Assembly: GCA_001794055.1 (NCBI GenBank)
Contig: MGJB01000017.1
Location: forward strand, 21,339 to 85,338
DNA length: 64,000 nucleotides
Reading direction: 5' to 3'
DNA from: Candidatus Yanofskybacteria bacterium RIFCSPHIGHO2_01_FULL_41_26
GTDB taxonomy: Bacteria > Patescibacteriota > Minisyncoccia > 2-02-FULL-40-12 > GWA2-44-9
Shown: positions 18,661-28,207 of the stretch, piece after piece
Position numbering within the stretch: the first letter of the stretch is position 1
How the letters are laid out: the number at the start of each line of letters is the position of its first letter
Program-made: the position numbers and the translations under genes
The notes under the pieces: model-generated
Told to the model about the DNA's origin: nothing
Seen by the model: the letters and a program-made list of their open reading frames with translations, nothing else
The model's database searches: none

Positions 18661-19311
18661 ATGCGTGCTAAAATGCTTGAACGTTGGATCGCTCTTTTAA
18701 AAAGATTGGGAGTCAATGAAATAACAGCTCAAGAGACGTACCACATGCTGGTTTACTACTACATGCAGCCGCATCGGCATTATCATACCCTGACCCACAT
18801 TTCAAGCGGACTGAAAGAATTTGACGACATCAAGGGCCTGGCTGCAAATCCAGATGAGCTTGAGTTGGCTTGGTATTTACATGATGCAATTTATGAAACT
18901 TGGGCCGAAGACAATGAACATCAAAGCGCCGGGCTAGCTAGGTTTTATATAACAAAAATGATGCACCTTCCTCTGTCCACAACGGGTATCCGTGTTTATC
19001 ATTTAATTCTATCGACACACCATCGCTACGATCCGAATGTTTTATTTAGCGATACAAGATTAATGGTTGATATTGATCTTCATGAACTTGGCAAACCTAC
19101 GGCTGAATTTGATATAAATTCCACCAACATCAGGAGGGAATACTGGTGGATGCCAGAACAAGAATATCGCCACAAGGGAATTGATTTTCTTGAACACTTT
19201 CTCAAGCGCACCGATATTTATCTCACGCCTTACTTTCGCGATAAATATGAAATTCAGGCCAGGTTAAATCTAAAGGCCGAAATTGAAAAATTACAAGCCG
19301 CTACCTTATAG
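18661..19311 (+). CDS. HD-superfamily phosphohydrolase (COG4339-like)
   Basis: 216 aa. HYHTLTH and LHDAIYE motifs match the H..H/HD pattern. Confidence 0.55.
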   Translation: MRAKMLERWIALLKRLGVNEITAQETYHMLVYYYMQPHRHYHTLTHISSGLKEFDDIKGLAANPDELELAWYLHDAIYETWAEDNEHQSAGLARFYITKMMHLPLSTTGIRVYHLILSTHHRYDPNVLFSDTRLMVDIDLHELGKPTAEFDINSTNIRREYWWMPEQEYRHKGIDFLEHFLKRTDIYLTPYFRDKYEIQARLNLKAEIEKLQAATL

Positions 19312-19333
19312 GCAGGCGGTTTTTGATTTAAAA

Positions 19334-19693
19334 GGTGGAGGTGGTGGAAGTCGAATCCACATCCGAGATTTGATCCGAAGAACTTCTACTTAGATAGTCG
19401 GTTTGGTATTTCACCTGAAGCTAAAAAACCAACAAAATAACTTCGAGCTATTTTTCCGTATTCTCAACAGCAAAACAGGAAAAAGATGAATTGCTGTCCA
19501 GCCTACTATATAACATTCCGTAATCCCCTAGCAGGCATCAAGGCGGAATGGCTTACCTAAATAAATTTAGGCGAAAGCGTAATTAGGTTGCGTTTTTGCA
19601 CCTATTAATTTGGTCGAGGTTTTATAGTGGTTAACGGCCATCCACTCTAAGCGTCCAGTCAGTTCATAAATCTCGTCGAAGCCTTTCACCCCC
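19334..19693 (-). ncRNA. ssrA: tmRNA (ssrA), tag peptide AKTQPNYAFA
   Basis: 5' GGGGGTGAAAGGCTTCGACG pairs with 3' CACCTCCACC, giving a tRNA-Ala-like acceptor with G3:U70. T-arm GGATTCGACTTCC. Internal GCA AAA ACG CAA CCT AAT TAC GCT TTC GCC TAA follows a stop-rich region. Confidence 0.85.
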
Positions 19694-19709
19694 CAATTTC
19701 CTGATACAA

Positions 19710-20093
19710 TTATACCACAAAACCTGAATAGAGCAAATAGATTCCCGCCGCTAACCAAACAAGTCCCCAAAGCACAAGCTTCTTTCCGCCGGCAAATTCC
19801 TTACCAAAATGACCAATCTTTGTCGAAACCAAAATTCTTAATCCACCTTTCATTACTCCCATCCAACCCATCAGGGTTACTAATCCCCTGAAGTCTGATG
19901 TCCAGACATTGTGGGCCACCACTATCAAGAGCCCCAAAAACAGATGCATAAAACCGGAGAAAACAACCAGACCCGTGCTTTTTGAGAAATCGTCCAATAT
20001 TTTGGACAAATGTTTTTTGTTTAAAAACTTCGCCACACATGCTACGACCAAGTATATCCCGAATACTCGGGCTAAATAAATTGAAATGTTCAT
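19710..20093 (-). CDS. membrane protein (3-4 TM)
   Basis: 127 aa hydrophobic ORF. Confidence 0.4.
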   Translation of the reverse strand: MNISIYLARVFGIYLVVACVAKFLNKKHLSKILDDFSKSTGLVVFSGFMHLFLGLLIVVAHNVWTSDFRGLVTLMGWMGVMKGGLRILVSTKIGHFGKEFAGGKKLVLWGLVWLAAGIYLLYSGFVV

Positions 20094-20135
20094 ATTTGAA
20101 TTCTAACATATTATATGTTAGAATAACTCATTACT

Positions 20136-20639
20136 TTGTTAAAGAGATTAAGAATAAACAACCAGATAAAAGCCATTGAAGTCCAGGTTATAGATGAAAA
20201 CGGCAAACAGCTTGGGACCATGAAGACTTTTGACGCGCTTAAACTTGCCCGTGAAAAAGATCTTGATTTGGCCGAGGTAGGCCCGAATGTTCAGCCCCCT
20301 ATTGCCAAAATCATGGATTATGGTAAATATATATACCGCAAGAAGCGTCAAGAAAAGAAGTCCGGCCCCAAACAGAAAGAACAGGAAAGAAAGACAGTAA
20401 GGGTAGGATTTAAGACCGGAACCCACGATTTGGAGTTCAAAGCCAAACAGATAAAGGAATTTTTAAATGAGGGCCATATCGTCAAGATAGAATTAACCTT
20501 AAGAGGCAGAGAGAAAGCCCTGGCACATTTGGGCAAAGAAAAACTTAATAATTTTATAAAATTAATCGGTGAAGAATTCGCTGTTCAGGAAGCTGTAAAG
20601 AGATCGCCTTTTGGTTGGACAACCACAATCAAGAAATAA
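20136..20639 (+). CDS. infC: translation initiation factor IF-3 (TTG start)
   Basis: 167 aa. KAIEVQVIDENGKQLG, DLAEV and VKIELTLRGRE are typical of IF-3. A non-ATG start is typical of infC. Confidence 0.9.
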   Translation: MLKRLRINNQIKAIEVQVIDENGKQLGTMKTFDALKLAREKDLDLAEVGPNVQPPIAKIMDYGKYIYRKKRQEKKSGPKQKEQERKTVRVGFKTGTHDLEFKAKQIKEFLNEGHIVKIELTLRGREKALAHLGKEKLNNFIKLIGEEFAVQEAVKRSPFGWTTTIKK

Positions 20640-20646
20640 TTAAACA

Positions 20647-20856
20647 ATGAATATGTCGCATAAAGGAAAAACAAATAAATCGTTTTTGAAGAGAGTAAAA
20701 ATTACCGGAAGAGGTAAAATCATGAAACGTCCGCCCCATCAGGATCATTTTAATGCCAAAGAAGCGGGAAGCGCCGCAAGAAACAAGAAGGGTCATGTAA
20801 TGGCTCCCAGTTCATTGATTAAAAACGCCAAGGCCTTACTTCAAAGTAATATCTAA
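20647..20856 (+). CDS. rpmI: 50S ribosomal protein L35
   Basis: 69 aa basic protein between infC and rplT. KRVKITGRGK motif. Confidence 0.75.
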   Translation: MNMSHKGKTNKSFLKRVKITGRGKIMKRPPHQDHFNAKEAGSAARNKKGHVMAPSSLIKNAKALLQSNI

Positions 20857-20891
20857 TAAAATTTCTAATTACTAATTTTTAATTTCTAAAA

Positions 20892-21233
20892 ATGCCGAGG
20901 GTAAAGAGAGGAACAACTGCAAATGCCAGAAGAAAAAGATTGCTGAAACATGCAAAGGGTTTTATGTGGACCCGAAACACCAAATACCGCCAAGCCAAAG
21001 AAGGCCTACTCCACGCCTGGTCATTCCAATTTGCCGACAGAAAGAAAAAGAAACGGACAATGCGTAATCTCTGGACTATTAAAATAAATGCAGCCGCAAG
21101 AGAAAACGGCCTTACCTACTCCAAACTCATCAACCAACTCAAAAAAGCAAATATAGAATTAGACCGAAAGATACTCTCCGACCTCGCCGCCAACAACCCG
21201 GAAGTATTCAAAAAAATAGTATCGAAACTCTAA
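20892..21233 (+). CDS. rplT: 50S ribosomal protein L20
   Basis: 113 aa. MPRVKRGTTANARRKRLLKHAKGF is typical of L20. Confidence 0.9.
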   Translation: MPRVKRGTTANARRKRLLKHAKGFMWTRNTKYRQAKEGLLHAWSFQFADRKKKKRTMRNLWTIKINAAARENGLTYSKLINQLKKANIELDRKILSDLAANNPEVFKKIVSKL

Positions 21234-21303
21234 CAAGTTGAGCTAGCTAGGGGTGAATCTAAATTAAAACCTACTTTTTATGAAGTAGGTTTTAATTTAT
21301 AAC

Positions 21304-21340
21304 CCTGCAGGGCCAATAGAGAACATTGGAAAACTTTGTT
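21304..21340. repeat. repeat motif A, copy 1 (CAGGGCCAATAGAGAACATTGGAAAACTTTGTT)
   Basis: 34 nt identical to 22273-22308. Contains CCAAT...ATTGG inverted repeat. Confidence 0.7.
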
Positions 21341-21439
21341 CGGTCAAATTTACGGGTATTTTATTAAAGACCCGACTTTCTTTGAATTTAACACGATTTT
21401 TAGAAATTAAAAAGCGACCGAGATCTCGTGCCGCTTATA

Positions 21440-21805
21440 CTAATGAATGCTTTTATGTTTGCCTTGTGCAATTTCAATTAGATACTGATGAAGTTCAGTT
21501 GGCGGCATACATTCATAATCAGGATAAATTTTTATTATCCTATCATATAATTCTTGATCTTCTCTAATCATGCCAATCAATTCTCTTTGATTGAGCGTTT
21601 CGACAGGCCATCTTTGCAATTCATCGACATGTTCTTTAAACCAAGAAGTTATCTTAGAACCGTGTTCAGTAAATTCCCTTAAAAATCGTAAACCTTCTTT
21701 GGACTGCTCCTTGGTTAACTTATTCTTTTTTATACTCCATCTTATTAGAATTACCCCTAATGCGATCAGCACCGATACGACAACATATATGACATTCATG
21801 GCCAC
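21440..21805 (-). CDS. membrane-anchored hypothetical protein (cargo of cassette 1)
   Basis: 121 aa with N-terminal TM helix. Confidence 0.4.
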   Translation of the reverse strand: MAMNVIYVVVSVLIALGVILIRWSIKKNKLTKEQSKEGLRFLREFTEHGSKITSWFKEHVDELQRWPVETLNQRELIGMIREDQELYDRIIKIYPDYECMPPTELHQYLIEIAQGKHKSIH

Positions 21806-21911
21806 ATCCTTTAATCAAAAAGCTGAAAATACTATACAATACTTTCGGTATTATTGCAAAAAAATTGGGGCTAACCAAAAAACCAGCATTTCTGCTTATT
21901 TTTCGTCAAAA

Positions 21912-21936
21912 GTTTTCCATTCCCCTTGGCCCCTAG
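21912..21936. repeat. repeat motif B, copy 1 (AAAGTTTTCCATTCCCCTTGG), imperfect inverted copy of motif A
   Basis: 21 nt identical to 22894-22916. Its reverse complement GGGCCAAGGGGAATGGAAAACTTT resembles motif A. Confidence 0.65.
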
Positions 21937-22187
21937 ATAACTGGCTTACCAAACTTAATTAGATTTAATTTCTTTTCACGTCTCCACCCTTTGATTTGTG
22001 CTTCTCTTTTAAGTGCCCGGGATTTATCATTAAACTTCTCGGTATGTAAAATTTTCACTACTTTTCTTGCTCTAGTATAACGAGCTCCTCTACCAACTTG
22101 GTGCTCGAGAAATCTTCTTTCAACATCTTTGGCAATACCGGTATAAAAAGTGCCATCTCCACATTGAATTAAATATACAAAATACAT
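21933..22187 (-). CDS. GIY-YIG nuclease domain protein
   Basis: 84 aa. MYFVYLIQCGDGTFYTGIAKDVERRFLEH is a GIY-YIG motif (UPF0213-like). Confidence 0.75.
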   Translation of the reverse strand: MYFVYLIQCGDGTFYTGIAKDVERRFLEHQVGRGARYTRARKVVKILHTEKFNDKSRALKREAQIKGWRREKKLNLIKFGKPVI

Positions 22188-22272
22188 AATGATTTTAAGA
22201 AATGCCCTTCGATAAACTCAGGGCACTTCTCCAGCTCTGCTCGCCAAAAATGGCTCGCACTGAGCTTGTCGA

Positions 22273-22308
22273 AGTGCAGGGCCAATAGAGAACATTGGAA
22301 AACTTTGT
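22273..22308. repeat. repeat motif A, copy 2
   Basis: Identical 34 nt to copy 1. Confidence 0.7.
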
Positions 22309-22413
22309 TAGCTGATATTTATATGTATTTTATACAAAATCCATTAGAACTAAAATTTGACATAATTACATTATAGTGATAATATACTGGAACTTAGCAA
22401 AAGGAGGACTGAC

Positions 22414-22866
22414 GTGGCTAGCAGAGACCGAGTCGCAAAGCTCTTTGAAACCCTACAAGTAAGCAAGCAATTCGATGCAATAATCGAAAATACTTCCTCT
22501 GTTATGAGAGATAAGTATAGCACTGAATGTCTTGAGGATGGTATTGATCCAGCCGAATTTCATCGAATTGTTACAGAACCAGTAGGACTTCTGAAAGACG
22601 GCCTACTTGAACTAGTTGCACAAATTTATACAGAAATTTTTACAGACGAAGAAGTTGACGAATTGGTTTCTATTTATTCGTCACCTACGTTCCAAAGATT
22701 GTTGGAACTTACGCCCGAGATTCACAAACGAACAATGACCTTTGTTGTTGATCGTATGGACGAAATCCAAGCTCAGGTAGAAGAAAAAGTCGAAGCTCTT
22801 CTTGAAACAAAGAATCCCACTACAAAACCCCGCAGATCACCGTGGGGGATGGATTCTCTGGACTGA
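22414..22866 (+). CDS. acidic hypothetical protein (cargo of cassette 2)
   Basis: 150 aa ORF preceded by AAGGAGG RBS at 22400-22406. Confidence 0.45.
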   Translation: MASRDRVAKLFETLQVSKQFDAIIENTSSVMRDKYSTECLEDGIDPAEFHRIVTEPVGLLKDGLLELVAQIYTEIFTDEEVDELVSIYSSPTFQRLLELTPEIHKRTMTFVVDRMDEIQAQVEEKVEALLETKNPTTKPRRSPWGMDSLD

Positions 22867-22893
22867 TTAATTCAGTCCTTTTTATTTGAAAGT

Positions 22894-22916
22894 TTTCCAT
22901 TCCCCTTGGGGGTCGA
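22894..22916. repeat. repeat motif B, copy 2
   Basis: Identical 21 nt core. A third degenerate copy (AAAAGTTTTCCTCATTCC) is at 22973-22992. Confidence 0.65.
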
Positions 22917-22997
22917 TAAAAACAGGAATTCGGAAAACTCTCAGTAACCTAGATTCCCTGATGATTCCTGGCTTAAAAAGTTTTCCTCATTCCACTA

Positions 22998-23072
22998 TGG
23001 CAGCGCTACGGGGAGTCGAACCCCGCTTCTATGCTTGAAAAGCATATGTCCTAACCGATAGACGATAGCGCC
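22998..23072 (-). tRNA. tRNA-Glu (anticodon TTC)
   Basis: Manual fold: acceptor GGCGCTA/TAGCGCT, anticodon loop TTTTCAA, T-arm GGGGTTCGACTCCCC, CCA encoded. Confidence 0.85.
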
Positions 23073-23129
23073 AATTTATAAAAAATTTTACATCAAAATC
23101 TGGTAAAAATCAAGAAAACCTGTTAAAAT

Positions 23130-24194
23130 TTGGCAATGAAAATTTTAGGAATTGAAACCTCTTGCGACGAAACAGCGGCGTCGGTAATTGAAGTAACTGG
23201 CAAAAATGGTATTAAAGTTCTATCCAATATCATTTCCTCTCAGGTAAAACTCCATGCCAAATATGGTGGAGTGGTCCCCTCTCTTGCCGCCCGCGAACAT
23301 GTTAAAAATATTGGACATGTTTTTAACTACGCATTAAAGCAGGCCGGTCTGTTGAAGTTTGGCTTTAACAGGCTTGATCTGATTGCTGTAACCCGCGGGC
23401 CCGGCCTCGGGCCCGCTTTGTTGGTCGGTCTAACATTCGCCAAAACAATTTCCTGGCTACATCAAAAACCTATCATCGGAGTAAATCATCTTGAAGGACA
23501 CATATACAGCAACTGGCTATCGCCAGTTGCTGAAATTTCTAAAAAAGATTTTCCGGCACTTAATTTAATAGTGTCAGGCGGACACACAGAACTAGTTCTG
23601 ATGAAAGACCACGGCCAATACAAAATAATTGGAGAAACCATGGACGATGCCGCAGGAGAAGCGTTCGATAAGGTCGCCCGTCTTTTGGATCTTGGATATC
23701 CTGGCGGACCGGCCGTTTCGGCAAGAGCTGAACAATTTTCAATTTCTAATTTTCAATTTCCAATTAAATTTCCTCGGCCAATGAAAAAATCTAAAAATTT
23801 TAACTTCAGCTATTCCGGGTTGAAAACCGCCGTATTATATAAAATTAGGGAGCTGAAAAATGATGGAATCAAACTGACTGTTTCCATCATTGATGAAATA
23901 GCATACGCGTTTCAGGAGGCCGCTATTGACGTCTTAGTACAAAAAACCATACGCGCTGCAAAAGAACATAACGTTGAATCGATTTTGTTGTCGGGCGGGG
24001 TTTCGGCCAATAAATTACTTCGTTCTGAACTTAAAAAAAATGCCACCAAAATGGGTATTAAATATTTTCAACCACCGATGGAATATACAGGCGACAACGC
24101 GGCCATGATAGCAGTTGCCGGATATTTTACTTATTTAAAAAACAAAAAAACCGATTATAAATCGGTTAAAATAGATGCCAATTTGGCCATATAA
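23130..24194 (+). CDS. tsaD: tRNA N6-adenosine threonylcarbamoyltransferase
   Basis: 354 aa. KILGIETSCDETAAS and HxxGH metal motifs of Kae1/TsaD. Confidence 0.9.
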   Translation: MAMKILGIETSCDETAASVIEVTGKNGIKVLSNIISSQVKLHAKYGGVVPSLAAREHVKNIGHVFNYALKQAGLLKFGFNRLDLIAVTRGPGLGPALLVGLTFAKTISWLHQKPIIGVNHLEGHIYSNWLSPVAEISKKDFPALNLIVSGGHTELVLMKDHGQYKIIGETMDDAAGEAFDKVARLLDLGYPGGPAVSARAEQFSISNFQFPIKFPRPMKKSKNFNFSYSGLKTAVLYKIRELKNDGIKLTVSIIDEIAYAFQEAAIDVLVQKTIRAAKEHNVESILLSGGVSANKLLRSELKKNATKMGIKYFQPPMEYTGDNAAMIAVAGYFTYLKNKKTDYKSVKIDANLAI

Positions 24195-24726
24195 AGAAAA
24201 ATATCATAATCATTGACAGGGCCAATAGAACAAGCCCTATGTTCGAAATATTGACCCACAATTTTGAAGTAGGCGGAGAAACAACTCTTTCACGCTTATA
24301 GACATCTTTGTATCTTTTCGGATTAAAAACAATCTCTAATTGGCAATGGCCACACTGGACATATAGACAACCCTTGTGACGATAACCATGGGGATAGTCG
24401 ATGCAGACTTTGCCGCAATTGGAACATTTGAAAAGATAGAATCCCGAATGACCAGTCCAGCCGGGCATTGTAAAGTTTCCAACAAACAACGGCTTTGAAG
24501 TAGCTTGTTCTTTCTGCTCTCTTGGAACTAAAAAGGTTAGAAGTGTTTCTTTGTCCCTAACGAAATTGCATTCTGTGCACACACTATCACGATGCTCTCT
24601 GTGGGGGTTTTCTCTTTCCCAGTCCTCTTTGCTTATAGGATATTGTTTACCATCTTTTACTCCCGCGACTCCATTTGCATCGTGAATCGTATAGTCGTAG
24701 TCACTTGCTTTAGCACTTAAAGCCAT
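24166..24726 (-). CDS. Cys-rich zinc-ribbon protein with C-terminal TM anchor
   Basis: 186 aa. Multiple CxxC pairs (CTEC, CSNCGKVC, CGHC). C-terminal hydrophobic helix. Confidence 0.4.
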   Translation of the reverse strand: MALSAKASDYDYTIHDANGVAGVKDGKQYPISKEDWERENPHREHRDSVCTECNFVRDKETLLTFLVPREQKEQATSKPLFVGNFTMPGWTGHSGFYLFKCSNCGKVCIDYPHGYRHKGCLYVQCGHCQLEIVFNPKRYKDVYKRERVVSPPTSKLWVNISNIGLVLLALSMIMIFFFIWPNWHLF

Positions 24727-24793
24727 TTGTGAAACCTTCTTTTTTAAGATACAATTTAACTAAACTTTTAGAAGTCTACCATTAAATTCGATA

Positions 24794-26956
24794 ATGTCAA
24801 TAGAACTACTCAAGACCTATAACCCCAAAGAGGTTGAAGACAAAATTTATAAACTCTGGAAAGAGAGCGGATTTTTTAATCCCGATAATCTGCCGAAGCG
24901 ACATCAAAATCCATTTACCATCATTATGCCTCCAACTAATGCCAATGGCTCACTTCATGCCGGCCACGGCTTAGTAATGACAATTGAGGATATTATGATC
25001 CGTTATAAACGCATGAGGGGATACAAAACTCTATGGCTCCCCGGCTTAGATCACGCCGGTTTTGAAACACAAGTTGTATATGAAAAACAACTCGAAAAAG
25101 AAGGGCGTTCTCGTTTCCAAATGGATCCAAAAGAACTATACAAAGAAATTTTGGATTTTACCTTAAACAATAAAAAAAATATAAAAGGTCAAATTCCCAA
25201 GATTGGATCCTCTTGTGATTGGTCAAGAGAAAAATTCACACTTGATGGTGATATTGTAAAAACAGTTTATAAAATATTTGAAAAAATGGCCAAAGATGGC
25301 CTTGTATATCGTGGCAAGAAGGTAATAAATTGGTGCCCCAAACATCAAACCTCCTTATCTGACCTTGAAACTGCCGACACAGAACAGGTTGATAATTTTT
25401 ATTACCTTCAATACGGCCCTTTTGTTATTGCTACCGCTCGTCCGGAAACTAAGTTCGGAGATAAATATGTAGTCATGCATCCAAATGACGAAAGGTATAA
25501 AAAATACAAAAACGGACAGAAGATAAAACTTGAATGGATTAATGGACCAATCACCGCTACGATCATCAAAGACGAAGCAATTGATATGACATTTGGTACC
25601 GGTGTTATGACTATTACACCGTGGCACGATTCAACTGACTTTGAAATTGCAGAACGCCATAATTTGGAAAAAGAACAAATCATAGATTTTCGCGGTAAAT
25701 TGCTTCCAATAGCCGGCGAATTTGTGGGGATATCAATAAAAGAAGCCCGTCCGCTAATTATTGAAAAGCTTAAATCAAAAGGCCTCTTGGTCAAGATTGA
25801 TGAGAATTATAAGCATGTGGTCAAGAAGTGCTACAAATGCGAATCAATAATTGAGCCCCAAATAAAAGATCAGTGGTTCATCAAAATGAAACCCCTAGCC
25901 GAACCGGCTATCAAGACAATAGAGGATGGAGATATTGAATACATTCCGGAACACTACAAAAAAATATCTCTACACTGGCTTAAAAATATTATTGACTGGA
26001 ATGTCTCACGCCAGATTGTATGGGGTATCCCTATCCCGGCTAAAATTTGCATCAAATGCGATGAGGGCATTGTTGATATAGATAATAAAATATCCGTTTG
26101 TCCCAAATGTGGAGGAGATGTAAGACAAGAAACGGATACTTTTGATACATGGTTCTCGTCAGGTCAATGGCCATTCGCAAGTCTTGGTTTTCCAGATTCA
26201 AAAGATTATAAAGAATTCTTCCCCACTGATGTCATGGAGACCGCAGGAGAGATAATATTCTTTTGGGTTGCCCGTATGATTATGTTTAGTTTATATGTCA
26301 CGGGAAAAATTCCCTTTAAAACCGTATACCTTCACGGCCTTGTTTTGGATGCTAAGGGACAAAAAATGAGCAAGAGCAAGGGCAATGTTATAAACCCTCT
26401 CGACCTAACAGAAAAGTATGGCACTGATGCTTTTAGGATTGGATTGGTGGTTGGCAATACACCCGGAACATCGCTTGCATTGGCAGAAGATAAGATAAAA
26501 GGCTACAAACATTTTGGAAACAAACTTTGGAATATTGCCCGATTTGTTCTTATGTCTTTACCCGATGATATGTCCACTGTTTTGAAGTCACCACTAACCC
26601 CAGAGGATCAAAAACTAATTGATGAGCTTAATGTCTCTATGAAGGAAATAACCGATGATATGGATCAATACCGATTCTATCTTGCCGCTGAAAAAATTTA
26701 TCATTACACTTGGCATGCATTCGCAGATAAAATAATTGAGGAATCAAAAGCAAAACTTGCCAGTGAAGATGAGAAAATAAGGACATCTGCCCAACGGATG
26801 CTTATAGAAATTTTAACTACATGCCTAAAAACACTCCATCCATTCATGCCGTTTATTACCGAAGAAATATACTCTAAATTGCCTCTCCATCCGCCTCCGC
26901 CAGAAAGGGCGGATGGCGGAAAAAAACTCCTGATGATAGAAGATTGGCCGGTTTAA
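24794..26956 (+). CDS. valS: valyl-tRNA synthetase (short form lacking C-terminal coiled coil)
   Basis: 720 aa. PPTNANGSLHAGHG (HIGH), GTGVMTITPWHDSTDFE editing motif and KMSKSKGN. Confidence 0.85.
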   Translation: MSIELLKTYNPKEVEDKIYKLWKESGFFNPDNLPKRHQNPFTIIMPPTNANGSLHAGHGLVMTIEDIMIRYKRMRGYKTLWLPGLDHAGFETQVVYEKQLEKEGRSRFQMDPKELYKEILDFTLNNKKNIKGQIPKIGSSCDWSREKFTLDGDIVKTVYKIFEKMAKDGLVYRGKKVINWCPKHQTSLSDLETADTEQVDNFYYLQYGPFVIATARPETKFGDKYVVMHPNDERYKKYKNGQKIKLEWINGPITATIIKDEAIDMTFGTGVMTITPWHDSTDFEIAERHNLEKEQIIDFRGKLLPIAGEFVGISIKEARPLIIEKLKSKGLLVKIDENYKHVVKKCYKCESIIEPQIKDQWFIKMKPLAEPAIKTIEDGDIEYIPEHYKKISLHWLKNIIDWNVSRQIVWGIPIPAKICIKCDEGIVDIDNKISVCPKCGGDVRQETDTFDTWFSSGQWPFASLGFPDSKDYKEFFPTDVMETAGEIIFFWVARMIMFSLYVTGKIPFKTVYLHGLVLDAKGQKMSKSKGNVINPLDLTEKYGTDAFRIGLVVGNTPGTSLALAEDKIKGYKHFGNKLWNIARFVLMSLPDDMSTVLKSPLTPEDQKLIDELNVSMKEITDDMDQYRFYLAAEKIYHYTWHAFADKIIEESKAKLASEDEKIRTSAQRMLIEILTTCLKTLHPFMPFITEEIYSKLPLHPPPPERADGGKKLLMIEDWPV

Positions 26957-26980
26957 TAATTAGGAATTAGAAATTAGAAA

Positions 26981-27766
26981 TTGTATAATGGGTATATGTC
27001 ACCATTGACGGTTAACATCATCTTGATAATTCTGGGGTTAACTCCAAGCCTGGTGTGGCTTTATTTTTTTGCCAGAAAAGACTGCCACCCCGAACCGAAA
27101 AACCTTCTTGCTCAAACATTTCTCATGGGCATTATCATCTCTCCAATCGCTATACTTTTACAATTCAGTTTTGCCCAGCTTGCATCAGTACTAATGGGAA
27201 TAAGCCAAGCTTCAACCCAAAACACTTCATATTTTTTTCTCTGGGCCGCTGCTGTTGAAGAAGTTATTAAATTTTACGCTGTCAGAATGTTGATCTTAAG
27301 AAACCCGGAATTCGACGAACCCGTTGATGCCATGATCTACATGATAACAGCTGGATTAGGTTTTGCCGCAATGGAAAACATCCTCGTCATGTTTAGAATT
27401 TTCCCTGACGGAGCCCAGGCTACTTTAGCCACATGGACCCTCCGTTTTACAGGAGCAACCCTGCTTCATGCCTTATCTTCCGGACTGCTTGGCTATTTCC
27501 TTGCCATGTCATGGTTCTTTCGCGATCACAGAAAAAAGTTGATTTTTATCGGACTCATAATGGCGACCATTTTTCACTTCACTTTCAACACCTTCTTGTC
27601 GGTTTTTGATAACCGGGTAACTGGCTTGATTTATTCAACGGCCCTTTTGTTGTTAATGGCTTTTCTTGTTTCAATTTTATTTGATAAAATAAAAGACAGA
27701 CATGCATCAACAACTGCCGGCTTAGCAACTGTTGTTAGCAACAAAACCATAAATTTGTTAAGATAG
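26981..27766 (+). CDS. PrsW-like intramembrane protease family membrane protein
   Basis: 261 aa, multi-TM. EEVIKF (EExxK), FAAMEN and FHFTFN motifs resemble the PrsW/CPBP family. Confidence 0.45.
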   Translation: MYNGYMSPLTVNIILIILGLTPSLVWLYFFARKDCHPEPKNLLAQTFLMGIIISPIAILLQFSFAQLASVLMGISQASTQNTSYFFLWAAAVEEVIKFYAVRMLILRNPEFDEPVDAMIYMITAGLGFAAMENILVMFRIFPDGAQATLATWTLRFTGATLLHALSSGLLGYFLAMSWFFRDHRKKLIFIGLIMATIFHFTFNTFLSVFDNRVTGLIYSTALLLLMAFLVSILFDKIKDRHASTTAGLATVVSNKTINLLR

Positions 27767-27786
27767 GGTCAGATAACGACAATGAC

Positions 27787-28188
27787 ATGGAAGACTATTT
27801 TGAGAAAAACAACAATCTAGAAGCAACATTGGTTTCAACTAAAAAAGAACCCCGTCAAGAAAGCGAGGGCCAGCTTACAATTGACGTCTTTCAAACTGAA
27901 GACGATGTGGTTATTCAGTCAACTATAGCCGGGGTCAGCGATAAAGACCTGGATATATCAGTCGCAAACGATATGGTGACCATAAAAGGAGCAAGGACAC
28001 CCGAACAAAAAATCAAATCTTCGGATTACTATTACCAAGAACTATACTGGGGGCCATTCTCAAGATCCATCATACTGCCCGTTGACATTGATGCCGATAA
28101 CGCCAAAGCATCAATGAAAAACGGGATCCTCACAATCCGACTTCCAAAACTTGACAGAATCAGAACAAAAAAGATAAAGGTCTCTTAA
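27787..28188 (+). CDS. Hsp20/alpha-crystallin small heat-shock protein
   Basis: 133 aa. Alpha-crystallin domain with GILTIRLPK near C-terminus. Confidence 0.85.
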   Translation: MEDYFEKNNNLEATLVSTKKEPRQESEGQLTIDVFQTEDDVVIQSTIAGVSDKDLDISVANDMVTIKGARTPEQKIKSSDYYYQELYWGPFSRSIILPVDIDADNAKASMKNGILTIRLPKLDRIRTKKIKVS

Positions 28189-28207
28189 AAAGCATCCTCC
28201 CTCATCA

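Noticed and set aside
19567-19770. 67 aa minus-strand ORF
   Set aside because: It lies entirely within the tmRNA gene. Its C-terminus is exactly the tmRNA tag peptide AKTQPNYAFA, so it is not an independent protein gene.
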